Positions 36,910 to 50,550 of a stretch of 64,000 nucleotides of DNA are shown here, in pieces. This DNA comes from Dicyema japonicum (Eukaryota > Animalia > Dicyemida): assembly GCA_011109175.1 (NCBI GenBank), contig RDEW01000027.1, positions 672,511-736,510 of the forward strand, in the 5' to 3' direction. The notes under the pieces are model-generated. The model had not been told where the DNA came from and did not search any database. It was given only the letters and a program-made list of their open reading frames with translations. The position numbers were made by a program, and so were the translations under genes. The stretch's first letter is position 1. Each line of letters begins with the position of its first letter.

Positions 36910-38930
36910 TAACGACTAATAATAATAATAACACCAGAGACCACGGTTACACAAACTAACTAATCACGTGATCCCACCACGTAGTAGCAGGAACCGCATC
37001 TTGGCCCGATGCTCCTCCCTCGACCCCACACAAGCACGTATTGGTTGAGTGACTGGATCTTCCCAGTCACGACGGCGCGTTCCATGGTTCATTCTTATCA
37101 AGACTTCAAGAGAAATTGGTGGCTGGAACTCTCCAGAAATGATTTTGGAGGCTCTTTTTCGGCTAGCCTCGATCTTCAAGACACATGTCCAAGAGATGAA
37201 TAGGCCCCATATATCACATGTGTAAGAGATGCATGGTTCATTGTATTGTTTATATACAGTGGTCAAAACAGAATGCTTTCCGATCTTCCAGAAGCCTGTG
37301 AGGCATTTCAAAACATTACTTTTCTTTTCGCATTTTGTTATGACGTTTTCAACATGGGGCGAGAATGACATATGCATGTCAAAAGTCACCCCAAGGATCC
37401 TTTGGGATTTTCTGAAAAGAATAGCTTCATTGTTTGCCTTCAGTTCGACCGTCCGTTTCCCCAGTCTCTTGTCTGAAGTAAATATGGTTGTGACCGACTT
37501 CTCACTGCTGGCAGCAAGGCGATTCTTCGATAGCCGTTCGTCAAGAGGGTCCAGATTTTGTTGCAATCTCGAAATGGCGATCTTGATGTCCTGATCACGT
37601 GACGAAATTACAATGTCGTCGGCATAAGTAAGAATAATATCATTTGGGGAGGTCCGCCATAAATAGATTGAATAAAACTGGAGACAAAGGGGATCCTTGG
37701 AAAACACTATTAAAAAGAAGGCGTGAAATAGACCTTGACTGGTAAATGCAGACGCATCCACTAAGGAAGTAAGCTAGCCAGAGTATAAGCTTTCCAGGGA
37801 TCTTTGTTTAGTAAATTTTCCAAGTAAGAACCCTCCTTGACACAGAGTCAAAAGCTTTGTGGACGTTTATGGAGCAAAGTACAGTCTTCATGTGTCCCGG
37901 CCTGTGCGAGAAACCATATCGTATAAAGTTATTCAATGCAGATAAGTGGGTCGAAGTAGACCTCTCCTCTTTAAATCCACGGTGAAATGACAAATCTGGG
38001 AGAAAATTTTTGATTTTCGCAAGAACCAGCCTTTCCAGAATTTTCGACACCGAACAGAATANTTTGTGGACGTTTATAGTGCAAAGTACAGTCTTCATAT
38101 GTCCCGGCCTGTGCGAGAAACCATATCGTATAAAGTTATTCAATGCAGATAAATGAATCGAAGTAGACCTCTCCTCTTTAAATCCATGGTGAAATGACAA
38201 ATCTGGGAGAAAATTTTTGATTTTCGCAAGAACCAGCCTTTCCAGAATTTTCGACACCGAACATAATAACGCGACCGGTCTGTATGAAGCCGGGTTTTTC
38301 TTCAATTTTCCGAGTTTCAAAATTGTACGTAGGTGGGCAAGCTTCCATAAGATCCCCTGGCGCTGTTAAAGAGGTGTTTAGGTACATATAGTGATCTCGC
38401 ATCCAAGAAAGTGCGGTTTACATAAGCGACTACTTTGTCCATGGAAGTAATGCCATCCAGGTACTGCAGTAGATTGTCAGTAAGTGTACCATAAAGTCTC
38501 CAGTCTGCGCGTTTGTAGTTGAATTGTTATAGGGACCTCCTCCTAGTTAACGTTTCTCTCATGATCCTCAAAAGGATGGCATTATGGTCACTTCTTGAGT
38601 TGTAAATGACTGACCAGGTCGATATTGCCGCCAGGCCTGGAAAACAAATTGTGATGATCTGGAGAAGTTAGTTGGTCTGACTCCCTGAAGGGGGTTCTCG
38701 TGTGTTTTGACGGGTCATTCATGACCGTGAAAGGTTCTGTCTGCGAAAGTAGTACTTTTCCTCTTGAACCGGACGGTTGACTTGCCAGCCATAGATGGTC
38801 TTTGGCGTTGATATCCCCACCAATGATCACGTCGTTCAAGGAAGCCAAAGTGGATAAATTGGGCATATAGTGTAGTGTTTCGAGCAAGAACCAGGTGGGG
38901 GCATAGATGTTCACAAAAGTAATTTATCCG
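36910..38930 (-). mobile_element. degraded Jockey/I-like APE-RT LINE with (TTA)n tail
   Basis: NIYAP, IIGGDINA, YRPVALL, INVHKAFDSV, TYADD, ILGVTFD; TAATAATAATAATAA on the + strand at about 36916-36930. Confidence 0.88.
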
Positions 38931-39059
38931 TTTGTTGTTTCATTTTTCTGTTTATTAAAATAAAATTACATTGATCTTGATTTTTTTTAATTTATTAAAG
39001 ATAAAAAAGTGAACAAATTGTCATATGGCGACAAAGTTCAACAATTATTTGAAGGCAAG

Positions 39060-40800
39060 GTTTCAGGGCGTATGTAGACAATAGTCTGCTTGATCTTACA
39101 ATGGATAATTGTACAGTAAAGAAGACGGCCAAGATTCTGTCTGCTATCATTTTGAAAGCTAATAAACTATTTATACCTGCCGCCTCTTACAAGAAGTTCA
39201 ATCCAAGATTATCATCGCCAATTGTGTCACCCATCAAGAAACGAGATGCGCTGAAGAGAAACAGGACGCAGTCCAATAACTCCTTTTATTATATACGTTC
39301 ACTGAATACCAAATTATCTGAACTCATCCGAATTAATAACAGACTCAAATGGATCCGTCTAGTTGGACGACTATGTCACAAAAACTCTTGTGCCACATTT
39401 TGGAAAACACTAAGAAGGATCAATAGCTTTATCAATGAGGAGGATTGCGGAACTGAGGCCGCTACCCGCTCGCAAGCTTGCAAACAAGATTATAAAGTAC
39501 TACGTATCGTTCAGCCATAAAGATTCTCTCGCTCTCCACATGTTGAACGTCGCGGGCTGCAACAAGAACCATAATCAACCTTCTTCACCTTCATGATTAA
39601 ATTGCTACGTCCCACTCGTGCTTGTGGTCCCGACGATATTTGTACTATTCACCTCAAACACCTTGGACCTCTGGCATGGCCCATATTATCAAGACTGTAC
39701 AACGACTCTATCAACTACCATACGCTACCTAATATATAAAAGAACTCCTTGATTACGCCAATTCTAAAACCTAGAAAACTAAAAGACGTTCCCTCTTCTT
39801 ACCACCCCATCTCAATAACTTGTGTTTTATCAAACGTATTGGAAAAGCTTGTGTTAATGCGTATCTTTCTTGTTTTACATCTACCAGAATTTCAACATGG
39901 TTTCAGGACAGACCGTTCTACAACGACTCATTTTGGTTCTATCTCCCAGTTTATTACTGACGGCTTCAACAGAACACACTTATACAGAAGGCCTTTGATT
40001 CTGTTCCGAGGAAACTCCTAACGCAAAAAATTTGATTCGAACTTGCATCCGAACATCAGAATATGGCTGGAAAATTTCTTAACTGGGCGACGCGGAAGGG
40101 TCCGGATTGACAAAACCACTTCAAAATCAAGACTACTCCCCAATGGGATCCCGCAAGGTTCACCTATATTTCCTCTCTTTTTTAACATATTACTACATGA
40201 CCTACCTATTACCAATGACCAGGACATCCCTTCTCTGCGGAGACAGAAGATCCTTGGGGTAATTTTTGACTCTCTGATGACATTCTCGAGTCACGTGGAG
40301 GAAGTGCTTGCCAAGGGTCTTCGGAAATGGAACATTTTAAAAGAGATAATAAAGAAAAGCCCCTTCCCCCCACTGCTGCTTGCGTCAACAAGGTCTACCA
40401 ACAAGTCATTGTTCCTACTATTGAATATGCCTGCTCCGCCTGGAGATCTGCCATTCCCTTTCGAGAATTGATCGTTTGAACTCTCAGGCGAAAAATTATG
40501 TACCATAATGACATCTCCATTGGCGGACTCGTTTCTGATGAGGCGACGTTTAAGAATGGCCAGGGTTTCCTACGTTTTTGCAAGCAACTTGGAAACCCAT
40601 TCAAGGAAAAAGTTGCCCATGCAGAGGAATTTCGGTCGGTTATAAAAAAGTGCACGCCGATTGAATTCCTATGCAGAAGGAAGAGAAGGCGCTTCCGGAA
40701 TGCGGTTGGGTCATCTGATGACCAGGCGAAAAGAGTTCGGATGTTGTTGGAGGCTGGGATTATCTAATTAGTTAATTTTGCCCTATCTTTCTTGGTGATC
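39060..40800 (+). mobile_element. degraded Jockey/I-like LINE (linker-RT-C-terminus)
   Basis: ACGPDDI, ITPILKP, FQHGFR..RSTTT, GIPQGSPIFP, ILGVIFD, PTIEYAC.AW. Confidence 0.88.
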
Positions 40801-40999
40801 TTGGAGTTAAATAAATAAATTGGCGGATTGATCTTAATTACTATAATAATCCGATAATTATGGTAATAGGTTTAATTTAGTAAGCAATGCAGATTAAGTT
40901 ACGGGGGAAGTAATATGAAAGGTAGGACCTGCCAACCCACTTCTACTCCAACAGTTTCCCAAGAAATCAACAAACATAGGGTCATCTTTGAAGATAAGT

Positions 41000-42330
41000 C
41001 CAAGATACTTGATTACGGTTTTAGAAAACCTCGAATAAGATTTTCGATAGAAACGTGTTTTTTAGGTTAGCCAGCCTCCTGCTTCCAGTTATTCTCACCA
41101 GACCAGACTTCTCATGTGCGAATGAAAAAAAGTTTTCATTACATCACTCTTCAATTTGGTCCATGTACGTCTTTAACTGTTTCTCAGATACCAAAGGGTT
41201 TAAAGGGACACCATAAATTATGACGTCATCAGCATATATCAAGATTTATGTGCTTTGATTTTCTGGGGAAGGCAATTCACTCATTAAAATGTTGAATAAT
41301 AGAGGACTGAGCAGTGAACCCTGAGGGACACCTCTACTCAGTCAAATTTCACGAGACTCATAGTTTAAAAAATTAACAATTGACCGTCTGTCCGAGAGAA
41401 AACGTTGTATCCAAAATAAAGTTCATTTTCAACACCTCATTTTCCAAGACAAACCGAAAGTCAAAGATCCCATACACTATCTAAAGCTTTGGATATATCA
41501 AGGCTGATCGCGGTCAAACATCTTTTAGTTTCCAAAGCCTTCACAATTAACGCGTTAACACTGTACAAACAATCTCCACAAGACCGATTTTTGCGAAAAC
41601 CCCACTGGTGCTCTTTTAATATCATTACGTTCTATGTGTTCAGAGAGTCTGTTAAATACGATTCTTTCCATAATTCTTGAGATTGTTGGTATAAGGCTTA
41701 TGGGCCTATAACTAGTTGTTAAGTATCCAGGTTTCCCTGATTTACGTATCATCCTGACCTCCGTCAATTTCCCATTGAGAGGTATATGATCCAACCTGAT
41801 ACTGCAAATATAGAGACATACCAGATATTTATACAGTTTCCGGGGTGCTTCCTTGAACAAACGCATAGTGATCTTGTCCTTTCCAGAAGCATTGTCTTTA
41901 GTGCATTTTACTATATTTTCAACTTCTCCAGCATTTATACGTTGTGATGCTGGTAAAAAACTAATGACTTTTTCCAGGTTTTCTTTTAGAGAACAAAGAG
42001 CTAACGAGACATGCGCTCGTCAAGCTAAACCTGTTGTATTTTTGAATGTTCATCCCCAAATAGGTTAGGAATCTCTTATAAGGATGAAGAAGACCCATCA
42101 TGTTTTGCAAACTTTTTTATATTTACGTCCGGTCACTTTGTTATAGACTTTCCAAAAATTTGGGTTTCTAGGTTTCTTGGTTTCTATAATTCACTGCACT
42201 GAGGTATCCATAAATTATTCTTGTTAACTTTTTCTAATATGCGTATTTTTGTATGTGATCGTTATAATTTCCAGCTCCATGAGCCTACGGTCATCGCCGT
42301 AACTGTTAAGCATTGTTTCCTTGATGTTAA
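41000..42330 (-). mobile_element. degraded LINE RT
   Basis: ASGKDKI, IRKSGKPG...YRPISL, AISLDISKAL, VPQGSLLSPLLFN, IYADDV. Confidence 0.85.
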
Positions 42331-42369
42331 ATAAAATTTTTGTTAACCGAACATAAGGGTAGCATTGAG

Positions 42370-42600
42370 CTTTTTTTGATCTACAGCGGAAAAGCTACCG
42401 TGTCATTCGAGGCTCTTCCTTCTTTAAACTTGCAAACCACCCGATCAGCCCGATAAACTTTGTTGCGCTAGGGCCAAGCACGCCACACGTCTCAACGGAG
42501 ATAAACTGGAAAGCGAACCGATCCCAATACATGGTACTTCTAAAAAATATTCGAATTTCATTACATTTTGGTACAATTTTAAAAAAGCAATTAGAGATCA
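42370..42600 (-). mobile_element. CRE-like 3' remnant
   Basis: FQFISVETCGVLGPSA...EEPR matches the CRE endonuclease C-terminus. Confidence 0.65.
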
Positions 42601-45600
42601 CTCTAACTCTCAAGATCCAAATTTGAAGACTTCAAATTACAAAAATTCAAGAACAGACTTCATGCCTGTAGAACCTCTGCCTCTCTAAAAAAGAGGGCCA
42701 ACAGGTTCCGGACTTCAAGTCTTTTTCGGCACAAATATAAACCATTTTGTCAACAGCATTTATCAATTCCAAGTCTGCAACGGCCTTCCACCAGATAAGG
42801 AATATTGACAGTAATCTCTTTGTAACGTTGGTTACATGGCACCATGCGGTGATATGTGGCTAGTTGGTCAATAATTATTTTCCTTCCCTCCGATGGCGTC
42901 ATTGGATCCACCTTAATGAGGGACGCCCAATTTCTGGCCGACATCAAGATCATCCACTTATTCTTTCTCCGGGGACAACTTTGTTACCTGAGACAAGTTC
43001 TGGAACGAGTCAGGATCAAGGAGTTAGTTAATTTAAATATCCTCGGTTTTTGGAATAAATTTAATTTAATGTAATTGGAAACAATTTTTGTATTGTCAGA
43101 GGTTTTGTTAATATCCACAGCCGACATTTTCGCGTCCATTTGGGTCGAAAAATCACATTTTATGCGTTTAGATTTTACTAAACACTTTCGACATCCTCAG
43201 CTTAACTCACTTAACAAGTCGAAACACCTTCTTAGTCATGTCTTTTGTTCTATCTTCAAAAGCAGCCTTTACTGAAGATAAACCACCGTAACAAGCCAAA
43301 TGACTAACTGTCCTGCAGTTAATGGATTCTCTTTCGCTGTCCTTAACCAAACAATAGTTCATATTGTGCTCTCCATCACAAATTAAGAACCTTTCCTTTT
43401 ACTTGCAGAAATTCGCAATCTACTCTAATTTTTGTCATCCGAAGCCTCTAGTTACCGGTTTCCTGTACCATTCAAAACGAACTCTGGAACTCAAACACCA
43501 TGACTAGTCTCACAAGCGACGTGGCTTCCGCCTTAGACTTCAAAGTTAATTTTCCAACAGGGAGGCTGCGACCGTTCTTCATGAAACGTTAGAAAGAGAA
43601 ACATGGCTGTAGACTTATGTAGGGTAAAGATAAAAGTATGAGAGACCAAGAAATATGAGACCCAAGAAAAAATTCCCTTCACAACAACAGTGGAAGGATA
43701 TAGGGCGGATGTGGTACAAACATGTCAATCAATACCAAAATCATCAAGACAAATGCCCACATTTTCTTTTTAGGCAAATTCAAGCGTGAATATGCTTGAT
43801 CTCCTTAGTGTAATTCGTGCCTCATTGGCAGTCTCTGAGTTTAATAGAATGACCTAACGTGTGATTCGTTCCAAAGCCAAGTTTTTAACTTCCAGATTCA
43901 CTAAAAGTGAGTCATAAGCAAGGCAGAGGAAATAGCTTGTCCTGACGCAACATCCCCATATAGTTAATTGAGCGGTATTCCAATCCCCTTTATGGGTTTA
44001 TCTTCCTTAGCGAGCTTTCATTTCTTTGTTGTTATTGCTTTCCAACTTTTCCTTTAGTTGAAATTTTGCCACACATCAATTGAAAAGCCTTAGTGATACC
44101 GCTCTAATAACAAATGTACTTTTAGAATTATTCGAGTATTAAAAATAAAAATTCAAGTAACTAACTCGATATGCTTATTTTCTCTCCATGATAGAGCTCA
44201 CCTGCCTGGACAAAGAAGACAAAAAGGCGTGGCAGAATTACAACTTTTTTGTCCGATGGAGGGAAAGCATTGATGTGGGATACCATGTGTATTGATTATA
44301 CTTACCCTAAAAATATTACCGGGAGTGCGGTAAATACATTATTGCTATCATAGAGAAAACGAACGTCAACTATGTCAGGAGATTCAAGAGTTTAAATTAA
44401 TCAGTGTATTTGATTTAAATAAAATATGCTTAAAAAATAAGGGAATGTTGCCACGGAGAGCTATTTGACCTCCAACAATCGAGGATTCCGTAAATAGGCA
44501 AGAATATATCTTAATCTTTTTATACAAACAACCAAAAGGATTGAGAAGAGCCTCAGAGAGGGAAATGGTGTTGATGATTTGTATGAATAGGAAGAAACAA
44601 GTGGAAGAGAATGACATTGCTTTTAATTTATTGTCATAACAAGGAAATCCACGACGTGGCTTTAATAATAAGAAAATTGATTTAAAATCTTTTTTAAAAA
44701 TAATTTCAGACATTTTACTGAAATTGATTCACATAAATATGTCAATCCAATCACTGAAGCGTGTTTATAAGCATTTCTAAGTATATTCTGAGAGATGGTA
44801 TACAGGGGAAAACATCAAAGCACCGACGCCCATGGAGACATTAATCGAAAAAAACAAAAATTGACACCAATGCCAAAAAGGAAGTGCTCGCCCGCAACGA
44901 ACTTGTGTATGCTCAAGGGATCAACACCAAGCAAAGATGAAAGCCTTGATCCAATTCGTCATGATCACTTAGTTTAGTTTTTTGGTTTAACAGTGGTCTT
45001 TGGAATTAATTTAAATTTAAATTCTGATATTTTTATTTGGGAAGTAAACTATAAAATTCCATCAAATTTTCAATCTTGAGAACTGAGGTAAATTCCACAT
45101 CTGATTGAAGATCTATTTGCTGATAGTTAGAATGATGTGTCGCTAACAATAAGAACTTGTAAAAAGTGTAAAAGTCTATATATAGGTGGGATTTTCTTAT
45201 GTTATGAGCAAAATTCACTCGTTTAAAATATTCATATTATCATGTCTTGTTTTGTGTGGTAGAAGAATCGTATGATCTCTAAGCTTGTATTCCATTAGTT
45301 TTTAAGTAGCTAAATTAAAGGGGAGAATACATGAGCTTATTCACTGTTGGTTTAAATATTTGGTCATATAAGGCCTATTGGCTGATGTGGTGACGTCCCT
45401 CATTTATGGGTAAGTCTAAAACAAACTTTGAAGAAATCGCAATTATCAAAAACCAAGACCTATACACAATTTTTTAAATCAAAACACTTGGATACAAATA
45501 CTAAGACACAATAGGGATTATTTGGGCACATTACGGATAAATCATGCCGTTCCTGCTTACGATTTTATGGAATCACACTTCTTCCACTCGGGGGCTTTTT

Positions 45601-45699
45601 TAAGGAAGCCCTAGCAACTTTGCCATCAATAATGAACATTGATATAAAACATGTTAACATGGCATTAGAAGACGCAGATGATCTAGACAGCCTCCGAAA

Positions 45700-46100
45700 A
45701 ATCGCAATCTCGAAAGAGTGTAAAAATGTCTAACAGACCGGATCATTCGGGGAGTCACACAAACGACGAAAGAATATAACTTGTTCATTATAATAATAAG
45801 GTCTATGATCGGCTCATCAATTGGAATCTGCGTGCAAAAATAATACCGATCATGTTTAATTTTTGGAGTTCATTTGGTACAACGTTATTCACGCGATAGA
45901 AAATGATGGCGGGAAGACCAAGATAGCACCTTATATTTTCTGCTACCTATGGTGGGGGATCAGTCATCGTGTTAGTCGGTTATTTCTTTTATTTTCTGGT
46001 ACCTATGGAATGAGATTAGTCATCATATTGGTCGATTGTTCCTTGTATTTCCAGTACTTATCGTTCATGATTACTTTTTATCGCAGCAGTAGACCTGAAA
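45700..46100 (+). mobile_element. possible Tc1/mariner transposase remnant
   Basis: MFNFWSS.G (cf. KFNLFGSDG) and ATYGGGSVIVL (cf. KHGGGSVMVWG), broken by stops. Confidence 0.35.
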
Positions 46101-46628
46101 ATTATATGCAATAACTTTTTGGGAGACATATATAACCTGTTTGATCATAGCTCGTCCTCCAAGCTTTCTAGGTGCAACAGCTATGGTCGAAGAAATGCTT
46201 TTTATGGGATTATTAAGCCATTGTCAAAAATCAGCAGGAAGAAGTTAATGTTCAAGACACGTGGTCCCATGAAGAAAGAGAATAAAAAGGTGAAAGGGGG
46301 ATTATCTTTTGGGTATAATTAAGGAGAATGAGATATCTGATTTCCTTGAATAGACATATACTGTTGATTATTTTAATAAAAACTTAACAAAAATAAACAA
46401 ACTGATTACATAAGGATGGAGAACTGTACATTTTTTCTTATAGTTTTCTAAGAACGAGTCAGATATTTTTTTAAAAACTAACAATATTGCATTTCCATAA
46501 TTTGTCAGGAATGCTCTGAGAGAATAAGTTGTGTTCTTCTAGACAGATCATAATAGAAATCATAATTGAGTAAAATCATCTCAGCCTTTCCGTAACTTTG
46601 AGGCAATATAAATTAAAGATATTCTCCA

Positions 46629-46830
46629 AAGTACTTTTTCTGGCTTGACGAGTGACGCCGTCATCAGTGAACACTTCACTGAAGAACCGGATCGTCTATA
46701 AATGGCATACATCCGAGAAAAAGAGAACAAAGAAGTGAAGAGCATTCCTTGGTTCTCCCTCATCGATAAGCTATGGTAACTGTTCTTTGCTTAAAATAAA
46801 GTGTGTGTTCTGCGCACAAGCGAAACCATA
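46629..46830 (+). repeat. repeat family A copy
   Basis: TGACGAGTGACGCCGTCATCAGTG...CCTTGGTTCTCCCTC...AAAATAAAGTGTGTG. Confidence 0.85.
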
Positions 46831-47399
46831 AACAGTGTTTACTGGTGGTAAATAAAGTTGAAGCAATATTTAAGTTAAATAGTCAATAACGCTTATTAAA
46901 ACGTGTGATCAGTTACCGTGGTGGTTAATCAGTCGGAAGACACGCCAGGTGGCGTAACAACGTTGAACTCTGGCATAGATGTAAAACACTTGATGTCTTC
47001 ACTTTAAAGTGGATATAACATCTCGTCACCTCTTTGGGCTCAGATGACATAAGCTACGCGAATTTTTGGAAATAAAAAAGCATAGGATGTACAAATATCT
47101 GGCTTCAAATCCCATCTGGCCAATTTTGAAAAGACTTGTATAAGTCTGCTTTGAGGATGTATTGAGAATGAATAGAATAATAGAAAACAGTCCTACTGCC
47201 AAGGGGTAGTAATGTAAACCTCGTGCATAGGCAGAACTCACACTTTATTTAAGAAGTAGGAACAGTCATACTAGTTTATCCAAGGCATTGAGAATTTTCG
47301 TTCTTATCTTTTTTGCTTGTATATGAGTCTCGCAGTGATGAAACGTAGATGAAGGTGTCACTTTTTTTTCCTTGAGGATGGTTTATTTTTTTAAAACAA

Positions 47400-48850
47400 A
47401 AAATCACCGTCAAATAAACGGAATAGGTGGCCGTCAGGTGATCTCGGCGTCCGCCTCATCCTTTCACAGTGTTCGTCCCGAGAATCGACGCACTTCCTGT
47501 ACGTACGGGACACTACTAAATTTAAAAGACGGTAATTGGACTCCCGTTCTCTTAACAAGTTCCTCGAACGGAGTTGGAATTATTGTCAAGGAGAACCTTT
47601 GTAAGGCCCTCGTGACTTTTTCTTGGAAGACTTAGGTTCATATAAGACAGATTTGTGTTCCATGACGCACAGCTGTAGCTGATTGTCGGTTGTATGTATT
47701 GCATATAAAATTGGCTTAATGTTTAGTAGAAATAGCCTTCGTAGTATCCAAGAAGTGTTTCTACAAAAGTTAGTTTTTGTTGGGAAAAGGAATTGACGTT
47801 GCTGACATGTTTGCTTAAGTCATAAAGAGATAGGTGATCCCCAGTATGTTGTTAGAGTTAGTGGAAGAAATTGACATTCCATTATGAATAAGCCTAGTTT
47901 GTTATCTTCCATTTGAAGTAAAAATCATTGTGCTAGAGTTTTCAGGACTTGTGTGTATAATAGGTTCTTAGTAAGCCAACAGGTCAGGTTGTCCAGTAAT
48001 TCTTTAAACGAGTACCCCCTGTGTGAATACACCGGTCTCTTGTTGCCAGGATTATGTCGTCAGCATAAATGGGGATCAGAGTGTTGTTGTCGCTATGGAA
48101 ATGCAGAGGTTGAAGAGAATAGATGACAATTGGGATTCCTGTGGCATTCTATTTGGTAAAAATTTAGTGGCAGAAAATGTTGAATGTGAAATTATTCTTT
48201 CTCTTTGTCAGTTGAGAAAGTTAGCAAGCCAAATTTTTCAAATTGTTTAGAATGTTAGACCAAAAATCTTCCTAGTGTGTAATTTCATGTGAATCTAGTC
48301 AAAAGCCTTCTGTATATCAATGGAGCACATAAGGGTCTTTTGATGCCGAGGTTTGCATTGTAGGCTCTCCTTTATGAATTTCGTTAAGAATCTAAGGTGA
48401 GTAGTGATTCTTCTTAAAACCATGCTGGAAGGATACGTCTGGAAGGTAAGGTTTAATCTGATCGAGAATGATTTTCTCTAGATTTTTTGAAGAAGCACAC
48501 ATAAGAGATATTGATCTGTAAAAGGTCAGTGAGTCTTTTAGTTGCCCTGGTTTTAACATTGGTCTATATCAGATAATTTCCATTGGGTAGGGATAGAGTT
48601 TCGGGTGATGGAGACATTGAAAATTTGGGTGAGGGCCTATCTTCTTCAATACTATTGTAGGGATTCTATCTGGACCGCTGGAGTAGGACGATATTTTGTT
48701 TTGAATCACCTTCCGCACTTCATCCATAGAAAGATTATTTGTGGCTGCGTCGCGTTTAGGTTTGATTAAAGAAATGGAAGAACCATCAATTTTCTGGTGA
48801 GGGTGATGAAAGGAAATATTTTCATTAGTTCCCCCGCATGCTCTTCATAA
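47400..48850 (-). mobile_element. degraded Jockey-like LINE
   Basis: YRKLSDID..LKPGQ, LCSIDIQKAFD and GIPQ-like motifs on the minus strand. Confidence 0.65.
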
Positions 48851-49009
48851 TAATAAGTAAAACATCTAATTAAATTTTATTTTAAATAAAAATTCAAAAA
48901 ATTGTCAAAATTGTAGTCTTTTATTGAATACAACGATATTTTTTAAATTTGGAATCCAAGTAAATAAAATAAATAAAAATAAATAATTATTTGCGATACC
49001 TTCCAAATT

Positions 49010-49740
49010 GAGTTCCACAAGGATCACCGTTATCATCAATGCTCTTCAACATGTTCCTCAGTGACCTACCATCCCCAACTGCAAAAAACACAATTCTTTT
49101 ATCGTATGCGGATGATTTCGTGGTCACAATGAAACATCGAAGAATTGAGGAGGCGACACGGTCCGTGCAAGATCTACTAAACCTGATGGGTCTTTGGCTC
49201 CTGAAGAACCGTCTAAATATATCACCAAGAGAGTCACAATGACGTTTACTTTAGCACGAAAAGATATACGGGCAACACCACGAATAAAATTATATGATTC
49301 CCCCCTTCCCATTAAGAAGACACTTTTAATCTTTGGAGTCATCCTGGATCCCCTCCTCACATTTACTCATCAAGTGGGCCTAGTAACCGCAAGGATCAAA
49401 AGAAAATTGGAATTATCAAGGCTTTCACTCACTTTCCAACTTCTTCCCCCCATCGTTAGAGCTTCTATACAAACAATTTATTCTACCTAGTATCGAGTAC
49501 GCCTGTGCTGCATGAATTGCCCCTTTATCACTATCGGCACAGAACAAGTTGGAAGCTTTACAAAATCGATATTTCAGAATACTATTGAGATCGTCGAAAA
49601 AGGCATCCACCTCGTTACTACGGAGAACAATAAACGTCTCTCCAATCATGGAATACCTTACTGAACGTTACCGGGACTTCCTCAAGATGGTAAAGTCCCC
49701 TGACCATCCCCTCGGACTGCACATCAAAATATATATATGA
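49010..49740 (+). mobile_element. LINE RT 3' half
   Basis: VPQGSPLSSMLFN..SYADD, IFGVILD, PSIEYACAA, LQNRYFR. Confidence 0.85.
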
Positions 49741-49889
49741 GAAAAAACCTTCCCCACTGTGGAGATTAATTCAGGACTCCAAAACTAACCGCAGGAAAAA
49801 GACTGGTATGGACACCGGGTTCACTTAATTAGACGATAACTTTTATCCTCTTTCTCGTGATTTCAAGGTAAATAAATAAATATTTGGAA

Positions 49890-50550
49890 GAATGCTGAAT
49901 AACTCATATCTCAGGCGGCATAATGAAGTGGTCAGATGTCTACATCTACATTTTTGCCGTCAATATGGAATAAGAAAAACTAAGAAACTGAAGACCTATT
50001 CTACACAATCTGTTATCGCAACTAAATTTGTGGAGATTCGTGTAGATACGACGATCAGTACGGATGCGGCTGTAACGAATAACAAACCCGACATTTTCGT
50101 TTATGATAAAACAAAAAATAAGATTACTCTTGTTGAAATTGGGATCACTTCGCAAAACTGCCTCAAGCAGGTCGGGTAGAAAAGTTCCACAAGTATGACC
50201 TACTGGCGAACTAACTTGAGATTATTCATCGCGCAAAGGTGAAAATAATCCCTGTTGTCATCACCTAGGATAGAATTGTCTCCAGATTTTTCAAAGGATC
50301 CTGGATGTACTCAAGGTGGTAAAAAGGGTCAAAGCTTACATGCAGACGCTAGTGTTACTAAAGACTTTGGAGAGTATGCAAGCTGAGGAGAAACATGGAG
50401 TATCGATGTCTGTTAATAAGAAAAACGGCATGGAATCTCAACCTAGGGTAGTCTCTGAATGTGGTGTATGCAGCGACGTGAACACGCCTATAAAGGCAAT
50501 AGGGGTTGGGTCCGAGAAGACAAGACTGAGTTAGACGATCGTTATAAAAT
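49890..50550 (+). mobile_element. R4/Dong-like RLE retrotransposon 3' end
   Basis: YLRRHNEVVR...NNKPDIFVYDK...LVEIGIT...EKFHKYDLLAN...IIPVVI (PD..D...E.K-type motif). Confidence 0.85.

Noticed and set aside
44298-44345. U1 snRNA 5' end (ATACTTACC)
   Set aside because: Similarity stops after 9 nt, and the site lies in a CRE-like GKALMWDT remnant.
44468-44490. Ras-like PTIEDS motif
   Set aside because: No P-loop or DTAGQ exon in a compatible frame nearby; likely chance.
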